Virus record (IMG/VR): IMGVR_UViG_3300025141_000089
Span: 1-61,539 of that record
Length of the DNA: 61,539 nucleotides
From: a virus
Taxonomy: Duplodnaviria > Caudoviricetes
Strand: one strand, 5' to 3'
Shown here: one piece after another, positions 56,657 through 61,539 of the stretch
Position numbering within the stretch: the first letter of the stretch is position 1
Layout: every line of letters starts with the position of its first letter
Translations under genes and position numbers: made by a program
The notes under the pieces: model-generated
The model's input: only the letters and a program-made list of their open reading frames with translations
Told to the model about the DNA's origin: nothing
Databases searched by the model: none

Positions 56657-57604
56657 TTACAGGTCTGAATAGTCGCCACCACCGCCCGCGAATTGTACCG
56701 ATTGTTCGTTCGAGGCCCAACTATATGGAATTATACTACTGTGGTCTTGTTTTGCAACGCATTGATCAACTTCTAAAAATGAACACTTTAATGTAGTTAC
56801 TAATGGCCATCCACTTTGCGTCATTGTCATAACACCTTCTGTGCCTTCAGTAGGAGATATATTAACATTTAAAAGAACAGAAGTGAAAGGATCCATAGAC
56901 CATCTCCATGCTCCCGGAGTTGCAACGGGGTGGTCTCCGCGGAGACCCTTATCCGTCATGTCATACTTCCCCGCAGCAGCCCTGTCTCTCATCGCTCCTG
57001 ATACTGGATTGCTACCAATATTATCGCCGGCATCTCCAGGCGGAAAATATGTTGTGGTCCACATTGGTGGTGGCCGGACAATATTGTCGCCTGTTCGGTA
57101 TGGATCCATCGTAGGATACACAGATGCTTGGAATTTTCTACAAATACTTGCAATTACCATTCCTTCCCTTTCTGAACCAGTTCTATTTACCAAATTCCAA
57201 CTATAATGTCTTTGTCTTAAAACTGGACCTTTAAATCCAGCACTACTTAATTCCATGTTTACATTATTGTATGTCGCGGCGCGACCGAACAACTCCCAAA
57301 AATCTCTCCACCAATCTTTACCCTTGTCCCACAGGCCAGTACTTGCATCTGAGTACCCCGTCTGATTTTTTCCACTATCCCATGTTGCAGTTTCTGTTGT
57401 GGAAACATTGGTATATGGTAAGGTGATATTGTGTATCATTCCACCAGCACCTGCCCATCCTCCCCCTTCCCCTGTAGATTCTGACCTATCATCAGAACTT
57501 AGATGAAATGATTGTGCGAAAAAATTAAGATATCCCCCCGCAGATCCCCACATCGGCTCCTGATCACCTACTATTGGATAAGTAGTTCCTATTGATGCAA
57601 CCAT
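56657..57604 (-). CDS. gp48: Baseplate tail-tube cap, gp48-like
   Basis: I.LP...., N.N.E...F.GP.LR...YSW.L......E...I..I...F....YP, ..PP.W, VL.NV.I and P..T.L...F.E; upstream of gp53. Confidence 0.7.
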   Translation of the reverse strand: MVASIGTTYPIVGDQEPMWGSAGGYLNFFAQSFHLSSDDRSESTGEGGGWAGAGGMIHNITLPYTNVSTTETATWDSGKNQTGYSDASTGLWDKGKDWWRDFWELFGRAATYNNVNMELSSAGFKGPVLRQRHYSWNLVNRTGSEREGMVIASICRKFQASVYPTMDPYRTGDNIVRPPPMWTTTYFPPGDAGDNIGSNPVSGAMRDRAAAGKYDMTDKGLRGDHPVATPGAWRWSMDPFTSVLLNVNISPTEGTEGVMTMTQSGWPLVTTLKCSFLEVDQCVAKQDHSSIIPYSWASNEQSVQFAGGGGDYSDL

Positions 57605-57660
57605 TGATTAATTCCTTATATTATATTGCATTCGGTTACTATATTATTTATACTTCAAAA

Positions 57661-57668
57661 TATACATA
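57661..57668 (+). promoter_or_regulatory. Late promoter variant TATACATA (gp4)
   Basis: 8-mer 20 nt upstream of the ATG at 57689. Confidence 0.65.
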
Positions 57669-57688
57669 TATTGAGTTTTTTAAGAAAT

Positions 57689-58108
57689 ATGGCATATAAA
57701 ACAAAATACAAAATAAAAAATGAAAATAAGTACATAGGTGATTCATCGAATATTATATGCAGATCTTTATGGGAAAGAAGGGTTTGCAAATACCTTGACG
57801 AAAACATAAATATTTCCAAATGGGGTAGTGAAGAAATTGCTATTCCATATTATTCCACAACAGATAAAAAAATGCACAAATATTATCCAGATTTTATCAT
57901 AAAAAGCAATGAAAAAGTATCTATTATAGAAGTAAAACCCAAAAAACAAACTAAACCCCCAAAGAAACCAAAAAGAAAATCAAAAAATTACATAAATGAA
58001 TGTGTCCGATATACTATAAATCAAGAAAAATGGGATTCTGCAAAGAAATTTTGCGAAAATAAGGGTTGGAAGTTTATTATTTTAACAGAAGACGATATTC
58101 TCTCATAA
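57689..58108 (+). CDS. gp4: Head completion nuclease (TnsA-like PD-(D/E)xK)
   Basis: MAYK.KY...N..KY.GD...I.CRSLWER....Y.D.N..I..W.SEE..IPY, YYPDF, IEVKP.KQT..P and N..KW..A...C...GW.F.ILTE. Confidence 0.93.
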   Translation: MAYKTKYKIKNENKYIGDSSNIICRSLWERRVCKYLDENINISKWGSEEIAIPYYSTTDKKMHKYYPDFIIKSNEKVSIIEVKPKKQTKPPKKPKRKSKNYINECVRYTINQEKWDSAKKFCENKGWKFIILTEDDILS

Positions 58109-58142
58109 ATATAATAAGGAAAACACACAAAGGTAAATCCAT

Positions 58143-58655
58143 ATGGACAACAGTATTGACAGCTTCAAATCATATTATTCAGCGGGATTTTCTACCCCCA
58201 CCAAATATAAAGTGCTTACAAAACCACCGGGAGAAGGTTGGAGCGAGGCCGAGTGGTTTCCCGAATCTATAACTCTACCATCACGGGGTTTTCAAGTATA
58301 TACTGATACAATATATGGAACACATAAACAATTTCCATACAAACAACAATACAATGATGAAGTTGTTATGACTCTTAACCTTAGTTCGCAAAACTTTGAA
58401 AGAGAATACTTTGAAAGATGGATGGATAATGTTGTTTATTTCAACAATACAGCAAATTTAAACATGATAAATATTCGTGAATGGAGTGTAGGAATAATAA
58501 CAGAAGGACCGAGTGGCGGTGGCAACGGATCATTTGGATTATTTGGCGCATACCCATCATCAATCATTCCATCCAACTATGGATATGGAATGCAAAACGA
58601 AGTTGCTAAATTACAAGTAACTTTTAATTATTACAAATACTATTATTGGGCATAA
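58143..58655 (+). CDS. Baseplate tail-tube initiator (gp54/gp19-like)
   Basis: G...P.KY.V, ESITLP.R, R.YFE.W...V and AYP.SI....Y.......KLQVTF.Y..Y (tube fold); precedes gp26. Confidence 0.7.
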   Translation: MDNSIDSFKSYYSAGFSTPTKYKVLTKPPGEGWSEAEWFPESITLPSRGFQVYTDTIYGTHKQFPYKQQYNDEVVMTLNLSSQNFEREYFERWMDNVVYFNNTANLNMINIREWSVGIITEGPSGGGNGSFGLFGAYPSSIIPSNYGYGMQNEVAKLQVTFNYYKYYYWA

Positions 58656-58701
58656 ACCATATAATAATATAAAACACTACAAACAAAAAGGAATTTAAAT
58701 A

Positions 58702-59421
58702 ATGAGTAGTATAGTAGACATTTTAAAAGCATCGACTCCAAAATATGAATTGACATTACCTTCTAATGGTGAAATTTTAAAATTCAGGCCATTTTTAGTA
58801 AAAGAAGAAAAAATTCTGCTGATGGCAAAAGAATCATCAGAAGAAATTGAAGTCATCCATGCAGTTCAGGAATTAATTGAATCGTGCGTAGAAGAAATGG
58901 AAGATATCATTAATTTACCCATGTTCGATATCGAATACATGTATTTACAACTTCGTGCTAAATCTATTGGAGAAACAGTAACTCCAAAATTTACTTGTCC
59001 AAAAACAAACGAAATCATACAAACAAAAATTAATATCAACGATATCGAAGTTACAAAAACAAAAAACCACACAAACAAAGTTAAAATATCAGACGATTTG
59101 ATATTACACATGAAATATCCTAACATTGCTGTTATGGAAAATTTAAATAGACAAAATAAAAAAGAGAATCAAGTTCCACTTTACAATTTAATCGTCAATA
59201 CAATCGATACAATAGAAACAAAAGAAGAAACCATTGACGGTGATATAATTTCGACTGAGGAAATGGGAGAATTTGTAGGTAATCTTACAAAAGAACAATA
59301 TGAAAAAATAATAAATTTCTACACAACTTCTCCAAAACTAGAATATGAAGTAAAATATAAAACGAAAGATGGAGAAAACCGAACATTTAAATTACAAGGA
59401 CTACTCTCTTTTTTCAGGTAG
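58702..59421 (+). CDS. gp26: Baseplate hub assembly chaperone
   Basis: P.YEL.LPS.G...KFRPFLVKEEKILL.A.E, L..FDIEY.YLQLRAKSIGE, MKYP and the C-terminal GL.SFF. Confidence 0.92.
   Translation: MSSIVDILKASTPKYELTLPSNGEILKFRPFLVKEEKILLMAKESSEEIEVIHAVQELIESCVEEMEDIINLPMFDIEYMYLQLRAKSIGETVTPKFTCPKTNEIIQTKININDIEVTKTKNHTNKVKISDDLILHMKYPNIAVMENLNRQNKKENQVPLYNLIVNTIDTIETKEETIDGDIISTEEMGEFVGNLTKEQYEKIINFYTTSPKLEYEVKYKTKDGENRTFKLQGLLSFFR
59409..59415 (+). other. Candidate -1 programmed frameshift heptamer T TTT TTC
   Basis: Phased X XXY YYZ two codons before the gp26 stop. The -1 frame is open (F Q V G L S H) into the gp51-like ATG. Confidence 0.6.
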
Positions 59422-59432
59422 GGCTCAGTCAC

Positions 59433-59609
59433 ATGAGCCTGTTTAGTTACTATACACTCAACTTTCAGTTAATGCAACACCACAAATACAGTTTAACAGA
59501 AATAGAAATGATGATACCTTGGGAAAAAGAAATTTATGTGACTCAACTCCTAGAATTCATTAAAGCAGAGAATGAGAAAATCAAAGAAAGAAATGCAAAA
59601 AGAAAATAG
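59433..59609 (+). CDS. gp51: Baseplate hub assembly catalyst (gp51-like), 58 aa
   Basis: Not in the ORF track. MSLFSYYTLNFQLMQHHKYSLTEIEMMIPWEKEIYV..L...I..EN is the typical marine T4-like gp51 signature. Confidence 0.88.
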   Translation: MSLFSYYTLNFQLMQHHKYSLTEIEMMIPWEKEIYVTQLLEFIKAENEKIKERNAKRK

Positions 59610-59623
59610 AGAAATAAAATAAA

Positions 59624-61420
59624 ATGCCACTACCACTTGCATTGCTGGCAGCAACAATGATTCCAGGTCTTATACCGGGTTTGGGTGCGGGAATTGCAGG
59701 CATAGGTAAAGGTATTGGTAGTGCTGCCAGCGGTTATGGGAAAGGAGTGGGAAGTGCATTTAGTGGTCTTGGTAAAGGTGCAGGTTCTATTGCATCTGGT
59801 GTGGGCGGTGGAATTGGGTCGGCCGCAGGAGGTTTAGGAAAGGGCGTTGGTGGACTAGCAGAAAAAGGCCTTGGTGCAGTAGGAGATTTTCTGTTTGGTG
59901 ATGACGAAGACGAGAAAAATTACGATACAATGACAATCGACAATTTAGAGATTGACACTCTAGAAGTTGACACTGCCAAAATTGATAAATTGGTAATTGA
60001 TTCAAAAGACCTTGGAAAAACTGACGACAATAAAACCGATAATGAAAAATTAGACGCTAAAGAACAAAAAGAACAACAAAAAGAACAACAAGAAACGCAA
60101 GATAATCTATTTTCTGGATTATCTGAAGATTCTGACACTGTACCCGAAAGTTTATCAGCTGAAGGAACAGCAGCATTACCCGAAAGTTTATCAGCTGAAG
60201 GAACAGCAGCATTACCCGAAAGTTTATCAGCTGAAGGAACATCATTACCCGAAAGTTTATCAGCTGAAGGAACAGCAGACTCAACTACCAATATCTTTAA
60301 TAATGAAGAAACTATCGAACCACCAAAAGCAAATAACAATAAAGAGGATAAGTTTCTCCCTAATGTAGAAACACTGACAGAATCATCTGAGGGGATGACT
60401 AATATTTTGGGTGGTGGTGAATCAAGTGGTGGTTCGTTTGCAGACCTTACTATGGATGCAAGTGAAATGACTAGTGAATTGGGTAGTATCAGTGAAACTC
60501 TTGCAACACCCGAAGAAGGTCCAGGATTTAATTGGGAAGATATTAAAGATGCAATTGGTGGTGGCGGTGGTGGTGGAGGTTTCATGTCTGATACCATGAA
60601 CGCCATGTTAATGCCACTGGAACTTATAGGAGAAGGGATTGGTGCTTTATGGGAAGGTGGTAAGGATGTAGTTAGTGGTATAGGAGAAGGGATTGGTGCT
60701 TTATGGGAAGGTGGTAAGGATGTAGTTAGTGGTATAAGAGAAGGGATTGGTGCTTTATGGGAAGGTGGTAAGGATGTAGTTAGTGGTATAGGAGAAGGGA
60801 TTGGTGCTTTATGGGAAGGTGGTAAGGATGTAGTTAGTGGTATAGGAGAAGGGATTAGTGGAATATGGGAAGGTGGTAAAGATGTTGTAGGTGGACTTTG
60901 GGAAGGTGGTAAAGATGTTGCAGGTGGTATATGGGAAGGTGTAGGGGACCTTTTTGGATTTGATACAGCATCAGATGTAGAAGCAAAAGCAGAAGCAGAA
61001 GCAAAAGGTGCAGGAAACATATCTAATGAAACATTATCTTCTATAGACACCACAACTCAAAGTATATTAGCAAATATAGAGTCTGCTTATGGGATGACTG
61101 AGCCCATCGAAGAAAAAGCAACATGGAACGGTGATGATAAAAACAAAGACTCCCAATGGGAAATCCAAGGTGCAATTTCTTATTTGCAGCCGATTATAGA
61201 CATGTTTTCTGGTGAAGTTCCTGCACATGATACAAAGAAACCGCGGGTCCCTAAGAATAAAGGGCAAATCCACTCCACAGACGGTTCAACACCATCAAGA
61301 GGAATGACTCCAGCATACACAAAAGCACCACCGGCCAGGCCACCTTCAACCAGTTCAATCATAATTCAAGAAATTCGTTCATATAACCAATATCCGCCTT
61401 GGATGTGGAAAGTGGGTTAA
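59624..61420 (+). CDS. Tape-measure-like protein (gp29 position)
   Basis: Follows gp26/gp51; 598 aa; Gly/Ala-rich amphipathic repeats; Trp spaced at 18 and 11 residues. Confidence 0.7.
   Translation: MPLPLALLAATMIPGLIPGLGAGIAGIGKGIGSAASGYGKGVGSAFSGLGKGAGSIASGVGGGIGSAAGGLGKGVGGLAEKGLGAVGDFLFGDDEDEKNYDTMTIDNLEIDTLEVDTAKIDKLVIDSKDLGKTDDNKTDNEKLDAKEQKEQQKEQQETQDNLFSGLSEDSDTVPESLSAEGTAALPESLSAEGTAALPESLSAEGTSLPESLSAEGTADSTTNIFNNEETIEPPKANNNKEDKFLPNVETLTESSEGMTNILGGGESSGGSFADLTMDASEMTSELGSISETLATPEEGPGFNWEDIKDAIGGGGGGGGFMSDTMNAMLMPLELIGEGIGALWEGGKDVVSGIGEGIGALWEGGKDVVSGIREGIGALWEGGKDVVSGIGEGIGALWEGGKDVVSGIGEGISGIWEGGKDVVGGLWEGGKDVAGGIWEGVGDLFGFDTASDVEAKAEAEAKGAGNISNETLSSIDTTTQSILANIESAYGMTEPIEEKATWNGDDKNKDSQWEIQGAISYLQPIIDMFSGEVPAHDTKKPRVPKNKGQIHSTDGSTPSRGMTPAYTKAPPARPPSTSSIIIQEIRSYNQYPPWMWKVG
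60143..60277 (+). repeat. 36/33-bp coding tandem repeat x4 (PESLSAEGTAAL)
   Basis: CCCGAAAGTTTATCAGCTGAAGGAACA starts at 60143, 60179, 60215 and 60248. Confidence 0.95.
60625..60945 (+). repeat. 54-bp coding tandem repeat x4 plus degenerate 54/33-bp copies (IGEGIGALWEGGKDVVSG)
   Basis: Four near-identical copies at 60625-60840, then one diverged 18-aa unit and 11-aa units. Confidence 0.95.
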
Positions 61421-61451
61421 AAAGAAAAGGAGTCCCGAAGGACTCCTTTTT
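61421..61451. terminator. Bidirectional intrinsic terminator (cUUCGg on the minus strand)
   Basis: AAAAGGAGTCC-CGAA-GGACTCCTTTT between convergent genes. Confidence 0.92.
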
Positions 61452-61472
61452 CAATAGAAGATAAAAATCAGT

Positions 61473-61539
61473 TTACTCGTTCGCTAACTTTTCAAAATAT
61501 GAGAGTGCGTCTGTATCTTCTTCCGTACTACTATCACCA
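61473..61539 (-). CDS. gp32: ssDNA-binding protein, C-terminal end (partial)
   Basis: Manual translation GDSSTEEDTDALSYFEKLANE-stop, the acidic DxLSYFxKLA tail typical of gp32 in marine T4-like phages. Confidence 0.75.
   Translation of the reverse strand, partial: GDSSTEEDTDALSYFEKLANE

Noticed and set aside
57626-57688. Longer gp4 start given by the ORF track
   Set aside because: The extension covers the late promoter at 57661. The family-typical start MAYK is at 57689.
60143-60277. CRISPR-like ~36-bp repeats
   Set aside because: The units are head-to-tail with no unique spacers, are in frame in a coding gene, and no cas genes are present.
59920-61053. 377-aa minus-strand ORF
   Set aside because: Antisense shadow of the repetitive Gly-rich tape-measure-like gene.
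1-61539. Stop-codon reassignment, selenocysteine read-through or tRNA genes
   Set aside because: Core genes are full length in the standard code and end in TAA, TAG and TGA. Intergenic gaps are short and no cloverleaf was recognised by eye (tRNAscan not run).

Overview
This window is an AT-rich segment of a T4-like (myovirus) phage genome carrying the head, neck, tail and baseplate module. On the minus strand, left to right: gp47 (partial), gp55, a hypothetical gene, uvsW, uvsY, gp3, gp23, gp22, gp21, core genes, gp20, gp19, gp18, gp17, gp16, gp15, gp14 and gp13. A ~16 kb array of very Cys-rich, collagen-tipped and C-type-lectin-tipped fibre-like genes follows, then DUF4815-like, gp8-, gp7-, gp6- and gp25-like genes. 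A gp27-like hub then appears split around a 2745-aa Cys-rich giant, followed by gp53 and gp48. The plus strand carries gp4, gp54-like, gp26, gp51-like and a tape-measure-like gene. The 3' end of gp32 closes the window on the minus strand. The most unusual features are: (1) the GACC-repeat Cys-rich virion protein system, with duplication and deletion scars and GC-rich patches; (2) the split hub with no recognisable gp5 spike; (3) a T-TTT-TTC slippery site that could join gp26 to gp51 by -1 frameshift, like lambda G/GT; (4) a virion-wide G-x-T-G/A motif; (5) a variant late promoter TATACATA, and a consensus sigma70 promoter plus an RBS-sequestering hairpin around a small Cys-motif gene. All family assignments come from motif recognition and synteny; no database search was run.
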